DNA of 64,000 nt from contig OZ220480.1 of NCBI GenBank assembly GCA_965116025.1, forward strand, positions 160,001 through 224,000. The letters run 5' to 3'. The DNA comes from an uncultured candidatus Porisulfidus sp. Lineage in GTDB: Bacteria > Pseudomonadota > Gammaproteobacteria > Poriferisulfidales > Poriferisulfidaceae. The position numbers were made by a program, and so were the translations under genes. Under the pieces are notes generated by a model. The model was not told the origin of the DNA, made no database searches, and saw only the letters and a program-made list of their open reading frames with translations. Shown here one piece after another: positions 42,647-55,139 of this stretch; position 1 is the stretch's first letter; every line of letters begins with the position of its first letter.

Positions 42647-45600
42647 ATGGCGAAGCGGACCGATATCGAGAGCGTCCTCGTGATCGGGGCAGGACCAATC
42701 GTCATCGGCCAAGCCTGCGAATTCGATTACTCCGGGGCGCAAGCTTGCAAGGCGCTACGCGAGGAAGGCTACCGCGTCATCTTGGTCAACTCCAACCCCG
42801 CCACCATCATGACCGACCCGCAGATGGCGCAATCCATTTATATCGAGCCAGTCGAGTGGCGAACGCTGTCGCGCGTCATTGAGCGTGAGAAGCCGGACGC
42901 GTTGTTACCAACCATGGGCGGACAGACCGCGTTGAACTGCACGCTGGACCTGCATCGAGAGGGAACGTTGCAGGCTCATGGCGTGGAGTTGATTGGCGCC
43001 TCCCTTGAAGCCATCGCGATGGCCGAGGACCGGCAACTGTTCCGGGAGGCTATGGAGGAGATCGGGCTGGAGCAGGCGCGGTCCCGGGTGGTGCGCGGCG
43101 TGGAGGAGGCGCTGGGCTTTCAGCCCCACATCGGCTATCCCGTCATCGCGCGGCCCTCGTTCACCTTGGGCGGAACGGGAGGGGGCGTGGCCAGGAGCGA
43201 GGAGGAGCTCAGGCGCGTCGTCGCGCACGGGTTGGATCTGTCGCCCACCCGCGAGGTCCTTTTGGAGGAATCTCTTCTGGGCTGGAAGGAATTCGAGATG
43301 GAGGTGGTCCGCGACGCCAAGGACAACTGCATCATCGTCTGCTCGATCGAGAATCTGGATCCGATGGGGGTGCACACCGGAGACTCGATCACGGTCGCGC
43401 CAGCGCAGACCTTGACGGACAAGGAATACCAGCGGATGCGCGACGCCTCCATCGCGGTATTGCGCAAGATCGGCGTGGACACTGGTGGTTCCAACGTGCA
43501 GTTCGCGACGCATCCAGGAACTGGGCGATTGCTCATCATCGAGATGAACCCGCGCGTCTCGCGCTCCTCGGCGCTGGCCTCCAAAGCGACCGGATTTCCT
43601 ATCGCCAAGGTGGCGGCCCGCCTGGCCGTGGGCTACACCCTGGACGAGTTGCGCAACGACATCACGGACGGCGCGACTCCGTGCTCGTTCGAGCCGACTC
43701 TGGATTACATCGTGACCAAGATCCCGCGCTTCACGTTCGAGAAGTTTCCGCAGGCGGAACCGCTCCTGACGACCCAGATGAAATCGGTCGGGGAGGCGAT
43801 GGCGATCGGGCGCACCTTCCAGGAATCCTTGCAGAAGGCGTTGCGTAGCTTGGAGACTGGGCAATGCGGACTGGATCCGCTTGGCCCGATGGATCGGGAA
43901 GAGCGGAAAGATCGGCTAGTCCACCCGGATCCGCATCGGCTGAGACATGTCGCCGACGCCTTGCGCGAGGGCTGGAGCCTGGAGGAGATCCACGAACTGA
44001 CCGGCATCGATCCGTGGTTCATCGCGGAAATCGAGGATCTTGTGGCGCGTGAGCGAGCCCTGTCGGGAAGGGACTTGGACGACTTGTCGAGGGAAGAGTT
44101 GCTCGTCCTGAAGCGCGCCGGGTTTTCGGACCGGCGCCTAGGGCAATTGCTTCATGTGGATGAGGAAGACGTGCGCGCGCGGCGTCACGCGCAGGGCCTG
44201 CGGCCAGTATACAAGCGGGTCGACACTTGCGCGGCGGAGTTTCCGACTTCCACGGCCTATCTCTACTCCACCTACGAGGAGGAATGCGAGGCCCGACCGA
44301 CGAACGCGCGGAAAGTGGTGGTGCTCGGCGGCGGCCCAAACCGAATCGGACAGGGCATCGAATTCGACTACTGTTGCGTGCATGCCGCGCAGAGCGCGCG
44401 CGAGCTGGGCTTCGAGACCATCATGGTCAACTGCAATCCAGAGACGGTCTCCACCGATTACGACACTTCCGATCGTCTGTATTTCGAGCCTCTCGCGCTG
44501 GAGGACGTGCTGGAGATCCTGCATGTCGAGCGTCCGTACGGAGTGATCGTCCAGTTCGGGGGGCAGACTCCCCTGAAACTCGCTCAAGGATTGGCGCGGG
44601 CGGGGATCCCGATCCTGGGCACGTCCCCGGACGCGATCGACGCTTCCGAGGATCGAGAGCGCTTTACCGGAGTGCTTGATCGCCTAGGCCTGCGTCAGCC
44701 GCCGGGGGGAACGGCGCGCGACCGCGAGGGAGCGCTGAGGTTGGCCCGCGAACTAGGCTATCCTTTGGTCGTGCGGCCTTCCTACGTGCTGGGTGGGCGG
44801 GCGATGGAGATCGTGTTCGACGAAGTGGAACTCGAGCGCTACATCAAGGACGCGGTCCAAGTGTCCGACCAGACCCCGGTGTTGCTCGATCGCTATTTGC
44901 AGGACGCGGTGGAAGTCGATGTCGACGTGGTGCGCGATGGGGAGGAAACGCTGATCGGAGGGATCATGCAACACATCGAGCAGGCCGGGATCCACTCCGG
45001 GGATTCGGCCTGCTCCCTGCCCGTCTACTCGATCGAGGAACCGGTCCTGGATATCCTGCGCGACCAAGCCACGGCGCTGGCGCGCGCGCTGGAGGTGGTG
45101 GGCCTGATGAATATTCAGTTCGCGGTGCGGGGAGACTCGATCTACGTGATCGAGGCCAACCCCCGCGCCTCGCGTACCGTGCCGTTCGTTTCCAAAGTGA
45201 CCGGTCGCTCGCTGGCGCGGATCGCGACCGCCTGCATGCTGGGCCGGTCCTTGCGCGAGCAAGACTGCCGCGAGGAGGCGCGGCTGGAATACTTCGCGGT
45301 TAAGGAAGCGGTGTTTCCCTTTCTCAAATTCTCGGGGGTCGACCCGATCTTGGGCCCGGAGATGAAGTCGACCGGCGAGGTGATGGGGGTTGGCGAGCGC
45401 TTCGAGGAGGCGTTCGCCAAATCGCAACGCGCGGCCGGGGTGCGCATCCCAACTGGCGGGCGAGCCCTGATCAGCGTGCGAGACCAGGATAAGCCTGGAT
45501 GCTCTCGGTTGGCGCGCGAACTGCTCGCGGCTGGCTTCGAACTGGTGGCGACCCACGGAACGGCGGAACACTTGCGCCAGGAAGGCCTGGACTGCGCTGG

Positions 45601-45886
45601 CATCAACAAGGTGGCGCAAGGCTCGCCTCATGTCGTTGACAGGATTCGGGGCGGCGAGATCGACTTGATCATAAACACGACCCAAGACAAGCTGGCGATC
45701 CGCGATTCGCTAGCCATTCGCCGGGAAGCGCTGCAACGTCAAGTTTGCTACACGACGACCTTGACCGGCGCCAGCGCGTTGGTCCGCGTGTTAAAATCCG
45801 AGGTGATCGAGGATGTGTATCAATTGCAAGCCTTGCACGAGAAGCGCGTGCGCCGGATGCCGGCGCGAGATGATGTTTCCGAATAG
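42647..45886 (+). CDS. carB: Carbamoyl-phosphate synthase large subunit
   Basis: [30 protein letters not shown]. Confidence 0.99.
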   Translation: MAKRTDIESVLVIGAGPIVIGQACEFDYSGAQACKALREEGYRVILVNSNPATIMTDPQMAQSIYIEPVEWRTLSRVIEREKPDALLPTMGGQTALNCTLDLHREGTLQAHGVELIGASLEAIAMAEDRQLFREAMEEIGLEQARSRVVRGVEEALGFQPHIGYPVIARPSFTLGGTGGGVARSEEELRRVVAHGLDLSPTREVLLEESLLGWKEFEMEVVRDAKDNCIIVCSIENLDPMGVHTGDSITVAPAQTLTDKEYQRMRDASIAVLRKIGVDTGGSNVQFATHPGTGRLLIIEMNPRVSRSSALASKATGFPIAKVAARLAVGYTLDELRNDITDGATPCSFEPTLDYIVTKIPRFTFEKFPQAEPLLTTQMKSVGEAMAIGRTFQESLQKALRSLETGQCGLDPLGPMDREERKDRLVHPDPHRLRHVADALREGWSLEEIHELTGIDPWFIAEIEDLVARERALSGRDLDDLSREELLVLKRAGFSDRRLGQLLHVDEEDVRARRHAQGLRPVYKRVDTCAAEFPTSTAYLYSTYEEECEARPTNARKVVVLGGGPNRIGQGIEFDYCCVHAAQSARELGFETIMVNCNPETVSTDYDTSDRLYFEPLALEDVLEILHVERPYGVIVQFGGQTPLKLAQGLARAGIPILGTSPDAIDASEDRERFTGVLDRLGLRQPPGGTARDREGALRLARELGYPLVVRPSYVLGGRAMEIVFDEVELERYIKDAVQVSDQTPVLLDRYLQDAVEVDVDVVRDGEETLIGGIMQHIEQAGIHSGDSACSLPVYSIEEPVLDILRDQATALARALEVVGLMNIQFAVRGDSIYVIEANPRASRTVPFVSKVTGRSLARIATACMLGRSLREQDCREEARLEYFAVKEAVFPFLKFSGVDPILGPEMKSTGEVMGVGERFEEAFAKSQRAAGVRIPTGGRALISVRDQDKPGCSRLARELLAAGFELVATHGTAEHLRQEGLDCAGINKVAQGSPHVVDRIRGGEIDLIINTTQDKLAIRDSLAIRREALQRQVCYTTTLTGASALVRVLKSEVIEDVYQLQALHEKRVRRMPARDDVSE

Positions 45887-45898
45887 ACCGGGAGATTG

Positions 45899-46375
45899 AT
45901 GGGCATGGTGCCAATGACCGCGCGCGGGGCCTCCCTCTTGCGCGAAGAGCTTGAGCGGCTCAAGCGAGTGGAGCGCCCGGCCGTCATCCAAGCGATCGCT
46001 GAGGCGCGCGCCCATGGGGATTTGCGCGAGAACTACGAGTACAAGGCGGCGCGGGATCAGCAAGGATTCCTGGAAGGACGCATCAAGGAAATCGAGGCCA
46101 AGCTATCTCGCGCGCAGGTCATAGACATCTCCGAACTGCAACTCAACGGCAAGGTGGTGTTCGGCACCACGGTGGAATTGGTCGACTTGGAATCTGGAGA
46201 GCGGGTGCGCTACCAGATTGTTGGCGAGGATGAGGCGGATATCGAGAAAGACCGGCTCTCGGTGCATACGCCGATCGCTCGGGCGTTGATCGGACGCCCG
46301 GAGGGAGAAGAGATAACGGTGGAAACGCCGGGCGGGAAAAGGGTTTTCGAAATTGTCGCGGTGCGCCGCGAATAA
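45899..46375 (+). CDS. greA: Transcription elongation factor GreA
   Basis: [26 protein letters not shown]. Confidence 0.97.
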   Translation: MGMVPMTARGASLLREELERLKRVERPAVIQAIAEARAHGDLRENYEYKAARDQQGFLEGRIKEIEAKLSRAQVIDISELQLNGKVVFGTTVELVDLESGERVRYQIVGEDEADIEKDRLSVHTPIARALIGRPEGEEITVETPGGKRVFEIVAVRRE

Positions 46376-46464
46376 TCAGGACCGCGTAGACCGCTCGCTT
46401 ACCACCATCCCGCCGCTCTTCACGGGCGTACAATGACTCTTGCGTTCACGAGTTGAAGCGGCGC

Positions 46465-49263
46465 ATGCGAAAAACCACCATTTCGACCTCTTGGTTCATT
46501 CGCTGGACCCTCGTCGCTCTGACGCTGATTCTGGCCGCGTCCCCGGCGTGGGCCGAAAGCGCGTCAAAGCCATCCGGCGATTTAGAGCAAGTGACGGTGA
46601 CTGGATCTCGCATCAAGCGGACGTTGCAACAGGATGTCGCCACGCCACTGGCGAGCTACGATTTGGAAGATCTTCGGAATCTGGGCGCCAGCGATATCCG
46701 GGATCTGGTGCAGTCGCTGCCCGGCAACGCCGGCGCCCAGAACAACGCTGACGCTCTTTCGCAGAACTACACGGTCGGCACCTCGAACATTAATCTTCGC
46801 GGACTCGGAGTGTCCTCGACCTTGGTGCTGCTCAACGGTCGCCGGCAGGTCGTCTCGGCGCTTCCCACCATCGACGGATCTAGTTTCGTGGATCTGTCGG
46901 CATTGGTGCCGACGCTCGCGTTGGAGAGGGTCGAGATCCTGAAAGACGGAGCGGCCGCGGTCTATGGTTCAGACGCTATCGCCGGCGTCGCCAATTTCGT
47001 CACCCGCTCCGATTTTCGAGGATTCGAAGTAGCGGCCGAGCGTCGCGAGCGGACCAACGACGGATCCCAGTCGGATGATCGCGTGGAACTCGTGTATGGA
47101 CGAGATTTTATAGAATCTGGCGATCTGCTGCTCGCGCTGAGTTATTTGGATCGGACGCGGCTGGTTATGGATGAGGTTTCTTGGGTCACCCCGTCGTGGA
47201 GCACCGCGGCGAATCCTGGTAATTTCGTCATGTTGGGCGAGACGGCTTTGCCGGACGGAACCCGGCTAGCGTCCGGCGCGATCACGGCCGCGCCCCATTG
47301 CTCCGAGCACGTCCCGCCAGCCAGTTACGTCCCGCCAGCGGCCTTCGCCAAGAACTCTGGAACGCACAGCGTCTGTCGTTTCGACTATGGACCGCAGGTT
47401 ACGGTCGTGCCAGAGGAAGAGCGAGTCCAGGCTTTCGCCCAACTCAAATTCGGTCTTGGCGAGAAGGCCCGCCTGACGGCGGAACTCGGCTACGCGCGAA
47501 ACGATATCCGCCGCCTCATCTCTCCCAGCCTTCCCGCCATCAGTCCCAATCTGTCCTACATTCCGGCCATGCACCCCGGCAACCCGTTCCGAAATGACGA
47601 TGGCGACCCAGTCGCGGCGCGCTACATCGGTCGCGTATATGGTGTCAGCGAGCCGCCCGAGACCAACGATTTCAAGAACGAGACAAGCCGCATGGCGCTG
47701 ATGGCCGAAGGCGACGCGACTGACCGTCTGTCGTGGGAAATGTCCTTCCTGCATGCCCGTAGCGATATCGATTGGCGGATCCCCGACACGCTATACCGCA
47801 ATCTGCAGAGCGCCATGGGCGCGGGCGAGAACGATACCGCCTTGCTCGGCGTGGGCCCGGACTGTCCAGTCGATCGCGGCGCTCTTGAGAAAGGAGATGT
47901 CTGCCTGTTCTACAATCCGTTCAGCGTCGCCAACAAGGTGCTGGCCATGACTTGGGATGGCGGCGCGTTCGGAGGAACGCGCGCTGGCACGGCGGGCGAG
48001 CAAGCGTTCATGCGCGACTATCTTCTCGCGGACGCGCTTGGCGCCGCCGAATCCGAGTTGAACGTCTTCGAGGCGGTTTTGACCGGCGATGGAATGTCTC
48101 TGCCAGGCGGCAATCTAGTCGGCTACGCCCTCGGCATTCAGTACCGAGACGAAACCATTCGTGGCGATTTCAGCTCGCTCTTCAACGACTTCGAGTTCTC
48201 GTTCGTAGGGGGAGGCCCCGACTATTCTGGCTCCCGGGACGCTATCGCCGTCTTCGGTGAGGTTTTGTTGCCTTTGGGGCCGGATCTTGAGGCGACGCTT
48301 GGCGCGCGCCATGAGGACTACGGAGGCGCCATCGGTAGCGCGACCGATCCGAAGCTGTCTCTGCTCTGGACGCCAACGAACATTCTTTCGCTACGCGCTT
48401 CCGCGAGCAGCTCGTTCCGCGCTCCCGCGTTGCACCAAACGCAGGGCGTGCAAACGTCCTTCTCCGATATCGTGGAAGGCGGGCGACAGTTCTTCGTCCC
48501 CAACCTGACCTACGGCAACGAGAATCTAAAACCGGAAACCGCCACGTCTCTGAATCTGGGCGGCTCCATAGCCGTGGAAGATTGGGAGCTCAACCTGGAT
48601 TACTGGAACTTTCGCTTCGAGGACGCTCTGGCGCGCGAGAACCCTCAGTCGGTCGTCGAGGCCGACGCGCGACGCGTCGCCGCTGGCGAGGAGAGCCGTG
48701 TGATTCGCACGGCGGACGGAACGGTCGCTCGCGTTCGCACTCGATACATCAACACCGACGAGATCCGCGCCTCTGGATTGGATTTCTCGGTCAGCGGGAG
48801 AATCTGGACGGAATTCGGGAGCCTCCTTCCCGGCTTGCGGGCGACGCGCGTCCTCGAATACGAGATCACGCGCCCCGACGGGCGAAAGATCGATGGGGCC
48901 GGCTACCTGAATTTCGCCAATATTGGCAGTCCCATGCCGGAATGGCGTGGCGCGCTGAGTCTGGTCTGGCGGCGCGGCGACCACCAAGCGGGCTTGACTC
49001 TCAACTACACGGATGGCTATCAGTATCGCCGCTCAGTCGCGGCCTTGGATCGCATCGATTCCACTACCACCCTTGATTTCCAGTATCGCCTCACTCTCGG
49101 AGGACTGTTCGACTCGGATTCCGAGACATCGCTGACGGCCGGGGCGCTCAACATCATGGACGAGGACCCACCGTACGTGAACATACCCGGTGGGTACGAC
49201 TCGCGCACCGCCGACCCACGGGGGCGACGGGCGTACGTGTCGATCCGGTCCCGTTTCGAATGA
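46465..49263 (+). CDS. TonB-dependent receptor
   Basis: Signal peptide, EQVTVTGSRI, NLRGLG..STLVLLNGRR, ERVEILKDGAAAVYGSDAIAGV, C-terminal GRRAYVSIRSRF. Confidence 0.93.
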   Translation: MRKTTISTSWFIRWTLVALTLILAASPAWAESASKPSGDLEQVTVTGSRIKRTLQQDVATPLASYDLEDLRNLGASDIRDLVQSLPGNAGAQNNADALSQNYTVGTSNINLRGLGVSSTLVLLNGRRQVVSALPTIDGSSFVDLSALVPTLALERVEILKDGAAAVYGSDAIAGVANFVTRSDFRGFEVAAERRERTNDGSQSDDRVELVYGRDFIESGDLLLALSYLDRTRLVMDEVSWVTPSWSTAANPGNFVMLGETALPDGTRLASGAITAAPHCSEHVPPASYVPPAAFAKNSGTHSVCRFDYGPQVTVVPEEERVQAFAQLKFGLGEKARLTAELGYARNDIRRLISPSLPAISPNLSYIPAMHPGNPFRNDDGDPVAARYIGRVYGVSEPPETNDFKNETSRMALMAEGDATDRLSWEMSFLHARSDIDWRIPDTLYRNLQSAMGAGENDTALLGVGPDCPVDRGALEKGDVCLFYNPFSVANKVLAMTWDGGAFGGTRAGTAGEQAFMRDYLLADALGAAESELNVFEAVLTGDGMSLPGGNLVGYALGIQYRDETIRGDFSSLFNDFEFSFVGGGPDYSGSRDAIAVFGEVLLPLGPDLEATLGARHEDYGGAIGSATDPKLSLLWTPTNILSLRASASSSFRAPALHQTQGVQTSFSDIVEGGRQFFVPNLTYGNENLKPETATSLNLGGSIAVEDWELNLDYWNFRFEDALARENPQSVVEADARRVAAGEESRVIRTADGTVARVRTRYINTDEIRASGLDFSVSGRIWTEFGSLLPGLRATRVLEYEITRPDGRKIDGAGYLNFANIGSPMPEWRGALSLVWRRGDHQAGLTLNYTDGYQYRRSVAALDRIDSTTTLDFQYRLTLGGLFDSDSETSLTAGALNIMDEDPPYVNIPGGYDSRTADPRGRRAYVSIRSRFE

Positions 49264-49406
49264 AAACAGATTTTTGATTCGACGGGCGCGCCCTCGCCTC
49301 GCGGCGATCAGGAAGAATCGGGACGAAACGCCATTGACGATTTTCGCGCGCGTGATTCGATAAGCGGGTGTATAATTAGCGGCAGGAGATCATCCGGGTT
49401 CCAAAG

Positions 49407-49430
49407 AGAAGCCCCCGAAAGGGGGTTTCT
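49407..49430 (+). promoter_or_regulatory. rimP leader hairpin (terminator/attenuator-like); TATAAT at 49371 upstream
   Basis: AGAAGCCCCC-GAAA-GGGGGTTTCT, 16 bp before rimP, where the gammaproteobacterial rimP leader lies. Confidence 0.65.
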
Positions 49431-49446
49431 GTTAGGTGCGGGAGGA

Positions 49447-49920
49447 ATGTTGATGAGGGCCGATGGCGCGACTCACACATTGAGATCCCTGGTCGCTCCC
49501 CAAGTCGAGAAAATGGGCTATGAGTTATGGGGGCTGGTGTGCCGGCTCGGCGCGCGCCAGGGTCGGGTGTGCGTGTATATAGACCATCCGGACGGCATCA
49601 GCCATGCGGATTGCGAGGTCGTGAGCGACCAAGTGAGCGGATTGCTGGACGTGGCGGATCCGATTCGAACCCCGTATCGGCTGGAGGTTTCCTCGCCGGG
49701 GCTGGACCGGCCGTTGCTGTGTCCGGAACACTTCCGGCGTTATCGGGGCTCGCGGGTCGACATGCGCTTGCGCTGGCCGCTGGAAGGACGCCGCCGTCTG
49801 TTTGGGCGAGTGGAGGAAGCCGACGGTGACGCCGTGGAAATCCGGGAGGAGGATGGGCGGACGTTCGTGGTTCCGTACAACGTGATCGCGCGGGCGCGAT
49901 TGCATTACGAGGAGGAATGA
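49447..49920 (+). CDS. rimP: Ribosome maturation factor RimP
   Basis: DCEVVS, YRLEVSSPGLDRPL. Confidence 0.95.
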   Translation: MLMRADGATHTLRSLVAPQVEKMGYELWGLVCRLGARQGRVCVYIDHPDGISHADCEVVSDQVSGLLDVADPIRTPYRLEVSSPGLDRPLLCPEHFRRYRGSRVDMRLRWPLEGRRRLFGRVEEADGDAVEIREEDGRTFVVPYNVIARARLHYEEE

Positions 49921-49926
49921 CTGGCG

Positions 49927-51423
49927 ATGGGCGATGACGTGATAGACGTTCTGGGCGTGGTTGATGCCGCTTCCGCGGAGAAGGGCATTGAGCGCGAAGT
50001 GATTTTCGAGGCTCTGGAGATGGCGCTGGCCGCCGCGACCCGCAAGAATCTGGGTGGCGATGCCGACGTTCGCATCGCCATCGACCGGGAAACGGGAACC
50101 TACGAGACCTTCCGGCGCTGGCTGGTGATGGCGGACGACGACCCCGAGTTTCAGTCGCCCGATGGGCAGAGGCTGTTGAGCGTCGCGCGGCAGACCGATC
50201 CGGGGGACCCAAAGCTTGAGGTCGGAGACTACATTGAGGAACCGATCGATTCAGTAGACATCGCGCGGATTTCCGCGCATACCGCCAAGCAGGTCATCGT
50301 GCAAAAAGTGCGCGAGGCGGAGCGAGCGCAGATCGCGGAAGCCTACCAGGACAAGGTCGGCGAGTTGCTCATTGGGATCGTCAAGCGAGTCGAGAACTCT
50401 GGGGCTTACATAGACTTGGGCGGCAACACGGAAGGATTCATTCCGCGAGAGGACACCATCCAGCGCGAAATCATTCGCACGGGCAACCGACTGCGCGCCT
50501 ATCTGCGCGAGGTGCGCGAGGAAGCCCGAGGCCCGCAACTGATCCTGTCCCGGACCGTTCCGGAGTTCCTGGTCCAGCTGTTTCACTTGGAGGTTCCAGA
50601 GATCGACCAAGGACTCATCGAGATCGTGGGAGCGGCTCGGGACCCAGGAATTCGCGCCAAGATCGCGGTGCGCACCAACGATTCGCGACTGGACCCGGTC
50701 GGCGCCTGCGTGGGCATGCGGGGATCCCGGGTGCAGGCGGTCTCCAACGAGCTTTCGGGCGAGCGCATAGACATCATCACCTGGAACGAGAACGCGGCGC
50801 AATACGTGATCAACGCCATGTCGTTGCCTTCGGTCGACGAGATCGTTCAGGACGAGGAAGGGAAGGTTATGGACATCGCGGTCGAGGAGGATCGTCTGTC
50901 GCAGGCGATTGGCCGCAACGGGCAGAATGTCCGTCTGGCGAGCCAGCTGACCGGTTGGACGCTGAACGTCATGACCGCGCAGGAGTTGCGCGAGAAAAGC
51001 GACCAGGAGCAACGGGCGCTGGAGGAGCGCTTCCAGCAAGAGCTGGATGTCGATGAGCACATCGCGGCGATTCTGGTGGAGAATGGCTTCCGCGAGATCC
51101 AGGAGTTGGCGTATGTCCCGGATCAAGATCTTCTGCAGGTGCCCGAATTCAACGAGCAAGTGGTGACGGAGCTAAAGGAGCGGGCGCGAGACAGTCTGGA
51201 GCAGAGCGCGGAGGTGGCGGAAGACGAGGATATCCTCAACGTCGAGGGAATGGATCCCGACCTCGCTATGCAACTGGCGCTTCATGGCATCACCACGCGG
51301 CGGCAGCTAGCGGAACTGGCCCTGGACGAGTTGCCCGAGATCGAGTCGTTGGACGAGGAGCGCGCGGGCGCCTTGATCATGAAAGCGCGAGAAAATCTGG
51401 AACTGCAGTTGCCGGACGCTTGA
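49927..51423 (+). CDS. nusA: Transcription factor NusA
   Basis: [38 protein letters not shown]. Confidence 0.98.
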   Translation: MGDDVIDVLGVVDAASAEKGIEREVIFEALEMALAAATRKNLGGDADVRIAIDRETGTYETFRRWLVMADDDPEFQSPDGQRLLSVARQTDPGDPKLEVGDYIEEPIDSVDIARISAHTAKQVIVQKVREAERAQIAEAYQDKVGELLIGIVKRVENSGAYIDLGGNTEGFIPREDTIQREIIRTGNRLRAYLREVREEARGPQLILSRTVPEFLVQLFHLEVPEIDQGLIEIVGAARDPGIRAKIAVRTNDSRLDPVGACVGMRGSRVQAVSNELSGERIDIITWNENAAQYVINAMSLPSVDEIVQDEEGKVMDIAVEEDRLSQAIGRNGQNVRLASQLTGWTLNVMTAQELREKSDQEQRALEERFQQELDVDEHIAAILVENGFREIQELAYVPDQDLLQVPEFNEQVVTELKERARDSLEQSAEVAEDEDILNVEGMDPDLAMQLALHGITTRRQLAELALDELPEIESLDEERAGALIMKARENLELQLPDA

Positions 51424-51434
51424 GGCGCGCCAAC

Positions 51435-53834
51435 ATGCCCACGATCGCCGAATACGCCCCATCCTTGCGCATGTCGCCCGAGCAGTTGCTCGCGATGTGC
51501 CAGCGGGCTGGACTGGCGAAGCGCGACGAGTCGGACGCGCTCAGTGACGAGGACAAGAAACAGTTGGTGCGCTACATGCGCGGCGGCGGACCCATGGGCG
51601 CGACGCTGGTGAAGTCCCGGCCATCGGCTGGCCAGGTCGAGATCCCGAGGACGGGCGGACCCGGCCGCAATCGAGTCAAGGTCAAGCTCAAGGGCAAGTA
51701 TCGCGTGGTGCGACCCAAGATCGAGACGAGTGAAAAGACGCCAGAGCCACCTGTCGAGCCCGCGCCCGAGGTCCAGTCCGGGTCCCCTGCCGAAGTGAAG
51801 TCGGAGGAGCCGCGAGAGGAGCGGCCGGAGAAGCCCGCCACGCAGCCCAAGGAAGAGAAGAAAACCCCTGCCGCGCCGCCTCGCTCTGGGCGAAAGGGTA
51901 AGCCGCGCTCCAAGCCGCGCGACGCCAAGGATTCTCGCGGCAAGGCGCCCTCAGGCCGAGGGCGGCGCCGTGGCCAGTTGCACATAGACGACCAACGCCG
52001 AACGCGCAAGCCACGCGCCAAGAAGCAGGGCAAGGTGGTGGTCGACAACAAGCATCAGTTCACCGAGCCAACCGCCCAGATCGTGCGGGAGGTCGTCTTG
52101 GGGGGGCCGATGACGGTGGCGGAGCTGGCGATGGCGATGGCGGTCAAAGCCTCCGCGGTGATCAAGACCATGATGGAACTGGGCGAGACGGCCACCATCA
52201 ATGATGTGCTGGATCCCGACACCGCGGAGTTGGTCGTCGAGAACATGGGACACAAGGCGCGGCGCTCCCGCGACGAGGATGTGGAAGCGGGCTTGCTTTT
52301 GGATTCCGCGTCGGAAGGCGATCCCGTGCCGCGCCCGCCCGTGGTGACCGTCATGGGGCATGTCGATCATGGAAAAACCTCGTTGCTGGACCATCTGCGA
52401 GAAACTCGAGTGGCCGCCGGCGAGGCGGGCGGGATCACCCAGCACATTGGCGCCTACCAGCTGGAGACGCCGCGCGGCAAGATCACGTTCCTGGACACGC
52501 CCGGGCACGCCGCGTTCACCGCGATGCGTGGACGTGGCGCTCGGTGCACCGACATCATCGTGCTGGTGGTCGCGGCCGACGATGGCGTGAAACCGCAAAC
52601 CGAGGAGGCGATCCGGCACGCGCGGGAAGCGGAAGTCCCGATCATCGTGGCGATCAACAAGATTGATCGCGAAAACGCGGATATTGAGAAGGTGCGCACG
52701 GAGCTCACGGCTCTGGGCTTGCAGCCCGAAGATTGGGGCGGCGATACGATGTTCGTACCGGTCTCGGCCAAAACGGGAGAGGGAATGGACGCGTTGCTGG
52801 AGGCTATCTCCCTGCAAGCCGAATTGATGGACCTCAAAGCACCAGCCGAGGGCATGGCCCGTGGCGTGGTGATCGAATCCAGTCTGGATCGCGGCCGTGG
52901 CTCGACCGTGACGGTGCTGGTCGAGGAAGGACGTCTGCGTCAGCGCGATCTGCTTCTGTGCGGCCAGGAATACGGGCGAGTCAGAAGCATCTTCGACGAC
53001 AACGGGCGAAAAGTCGACCAAGCGGGACCGTCTTCCCCGGTGCTGGCGCTGGGCTTGTCGGGAGTCCCCCAAGCGGGGGATCCTATGCATGTGGTGGCGG
53101 ACGAGCAAAAGGCGAGGGAAATAGCCGATTATCGAAAGGAGGCAGCGCGACGCCAGCAGACGGACGAGCCGCGCGAGGCTAGCCTGGCCTGGGCGATGCA
53201 AATGGGCGAGGAGCGGAAAGCGGCACTCAATCTGATCATCAAGACGGACGTGCGCGGGAGCGGCGAAGCCCTTCGGGGAGCGCTGGATGGCTTGTCCACC
53301 GACGAGGCGACTATCAAAATCGTGCTATCAGGGGTCGGGGGCATCAACGAATCCGATGCCTTGCTGGCGGATGCCTCCAAGTCCACCCTGCTAGGCTTCA
53401 ACGTGCGCGCCGATAGCGCGGCGCGGCGCGTCGTCGCGGACCGAAGCCTGGACTTGCGCTATTACAGCGTGATCTACGAGCTGGTCGACGACATCAAGGA
53501 AATGCTGGAGAAGCAATTGGCTCCAGAAGTCCGCGAGGAGATCATGGGACTGGCGAACGTCATCGAGGTCTTCCGTTCCAGCAAGATGGGTCCAGTCGCC
53601 GGTAGTCGGGTGGACCAAGGCGTGGTCCAGCGAGGTGGCTACCCAATCCGGGTGCTACGCGACAACATAGTCATTTACGAGGGAGAACTAGAGTCTTTGC
53701 GGCGCCACAAGGAGGATGTCCAGGAAGTGCAGGCCGGTACTGAATGCGGCATAGCGGTGGCCAACTACAACGATGTGCAGGTCGGCGACCAGATCGAGGT
53801 GTACCGCCGCGTGGAGACCGCCCGCACGCTTTAA
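51435..53834 (+). CDS. infB: Translation initiation factor IF-2
   Basis: [25 protein letters not shown]. Confidence 0.99.
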   Translation: MPTIAEYAPSLRMSPEQLLAMCQRAGLAKRDESDALSDEDKKQLVRYMRGGGPMGATLVKSRPSAGQVEIPRTGGPGRNRVKVKLKGKYRVVRPKIETSEKTPEPPVEPAPEVQSGSPAEVKSEEPREERPEKPATQPKEEKKTPAAPPRSGRKGKPRSKPRDAKDSRGKAPSGRGRRRGQLHIDDQRRTRKPRAKKQGKVVVDNKHQFTEPTAQIVREVVLGGPMTVAELAMAMAVKASAVIKTMMELGETATINDVLDPDTAELVVENMGHKARRSRDEDVEAGLLLDSASEGDPVPRPPVVTVMGHVDHGKTSLLDHLRETRVAAGEAGGITQHIGAYQLETPRGKITFLDTPGHAAFTAMRGRGARCTDIIVLVVAADDGVKPQTEEAIRHAREAEVPIIVAINKIDRENADIEKVRTELTALGLQPEDWGGDTMFVPVSAKTGEGMDALLEAISLQAELMDLKAPAEGMARGVVIESSLDRGRGSTVTVLVEEGRLRQRDLLLCGQEYGRVRSIFDDNGRKVDQAGPSSPVLALGLSGVPQAGDPMHVVADEQKAREIADYRKEAARRQQTDEPREASLAWAMQMGEERKAALNLIIKTDVRGSGEALRGALDGLSTDEATIKIVLSGVGGINESDALLADASKSTLLGFNVRADSAARRVVADRSLDLRYYSVIYELVDDIKEMLEKQLAPEVREEIMGLANVIEVFRSSKMGPVAGSRVDQGVVQRGGYPIRVLRDNIVIYEGELESLRRHKEDVQEVQAGTECGIAVANYNDVQVGDQIEVYRRVETARTL

Positions 53835-53843
53835 GGAAGGCGA

Positions 53844-54209
53844 GTGATTCCCGGACGGCGCCCGTTGGCGGTGGGCGAGCAAATGCGCCGGCTTCTCGGC
53901 TTGGCTCTGTTGCATGAGGCCAATGACCCGCGCTTGCGGCGGCTGACGGTCGCCGATGTCGTCATGAGCCGCGACCTCAAGCACGCCACCGTGTACGTAA
54001 TCAGCGCCGAGACTCCAGATTCACGCCGTCGCGCGGAGATCGCCGCCGGGCTCACGCGCGGCATCCCGTTCTTTCGCCGGTTGATCGGCGCGCGCGCGGG
54101 CCTGCGCTATGTGCCAAAACTGCGTTTCGTTTTGGACGATACCGAGGATCGGGCGGAGCGGATCGAGAGCCTCCTGAAGGAATCCGCCCGCGCCAAGACG
54201 ACCTCATGA
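53844..54209 (+). CDS. rbfA: Ribosome-binding factor A
   Basis: DPRL, MSRDLKHATVY, LRYVPKLRF; between infB and truB. Confidence 0.92.
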   Translation: MIPGRRPLAVGEQMRRLLGLALLHEANDPRLRRLTVADVVMSRDLKHATVYVISAETPDSRRRAEIAAGLTRGIPFFRRLIGARAGLRYVPKLRFVLDDTEDRAERIESLLKESARAKTTS

Positions 54210-55120
54210 ATCGGCGGGAGCCTTGTGGCTGGCTACTGCTGGACAAGCCGATCGGCCTGAGCTCGGCCCACGCCGTGGCCCGCGTCAAGCGCGCTTTTCA
54301 AGCGCGGCGCGCTGGCCACGCGGGCACTCTCGACCCACTGGCGAGTGGTCTTTTGGCGATTGCGCTGGGTCCGGCCACGCGCTGGTGCGCCTACCTGCTG
54401 GACGCCCCGAAATCTTACCGGTTCACGATCCGCCTAGGGCAGACCACGGACAGTCACGATGCGGAAAGCCTTGCGCGCACGGTCCCGCCCGAAGTTGACA
54501 TTCCTTCACTAAATCAAGACGATATCAAGGCTTTGCTGGCTCGCTTCACCGGGACCATCCAACAGGTTCCGCCGATGTTCTCCGCGCTCCACAGCGGGGG
54601 GCGGCGCCTGTACGAGCTGGCCCGCGAGGGCAAGGAGGTCGCTCGACCCGCCCGCGCCGTGCGGATCGATCATCTACGCTTGGTCCGGGACCGCGGGGAG
54701 GAGTGGGATCTGGAAGTCCGCTGCGGCAAGGGCACGTATGTGCGCTCGCTCGCCCACGATATTGGCCAAACCTTGGGTTGCGGAGCTTATGTGAGCCGGT
54801 TGCGCCGCTCGGGACTCGGCTCCTTCGACGAATCGCGGGCTGTTAGCCTTGAGTGGATCGAGAGAGACTCGCGCGAGGGTCGCGAGGCGCGCTTGCTACC
54901 AGCGGATGCGGCGTTGCCGGAATGGCCGATTCGCGTCTGCGCGGCGGACGAGGAGCGCGCTTTGCGCGCCGGGAAACAGGTCACGCTTGAAGGGCCTGCG
55001 GGGTTCTGGAAACTGGTGGACGCGCGCGGGCGGTTCTTCGGCGTGGCTGAATCGCGGGACGCGGGGCGGCTTCAGCCGCGCCGCCTGATGACGATGCCAG
55101 AAGATTCGGTACAATCGTGA
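54206..55120 (+). CDS. truB: tRNA pseudouridine-55 synthase
   Basis: LDKP, GHAGTLDPLASG, GKGTYVRSL. Confidence 0.97.
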   Translation: MNRREPCGWLLLDKPIGLSSAHAVARVKRAFQARRAGHAGTLDPLASGLLAIALGPATRWCAYLLDAPKSYRFTIRLGQTTDSHDAESLARTVPPEVDIPSLNQDDIKALLARFTGTIQQVPPMFSALHSGGRRLYELAREGKEVARPARAVRIDHLRLVRDRGEEWDLEVRCGKGTYVRSLAHDIGQTLGCGAYVSRLRRSGLGSFDESRAVSLEWIERDSREGREARLLPADAALPEWPIRVCAADEERALRAGKQVTLEGPAGFWKLVDARGRFFGVAESRDAGRLQPRRLMTMPEDSVQS

Positions 55121-55139
55121 AACTGGAGGTGTAGCCGCT

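Noticed and set aside
49264-49446. tRNA-Met expected upstream of rimP
   Set aside because: No cloverleaf, T-loop or CCA pattern seen; I saw no tRNA or rRNA anywhere in the window.
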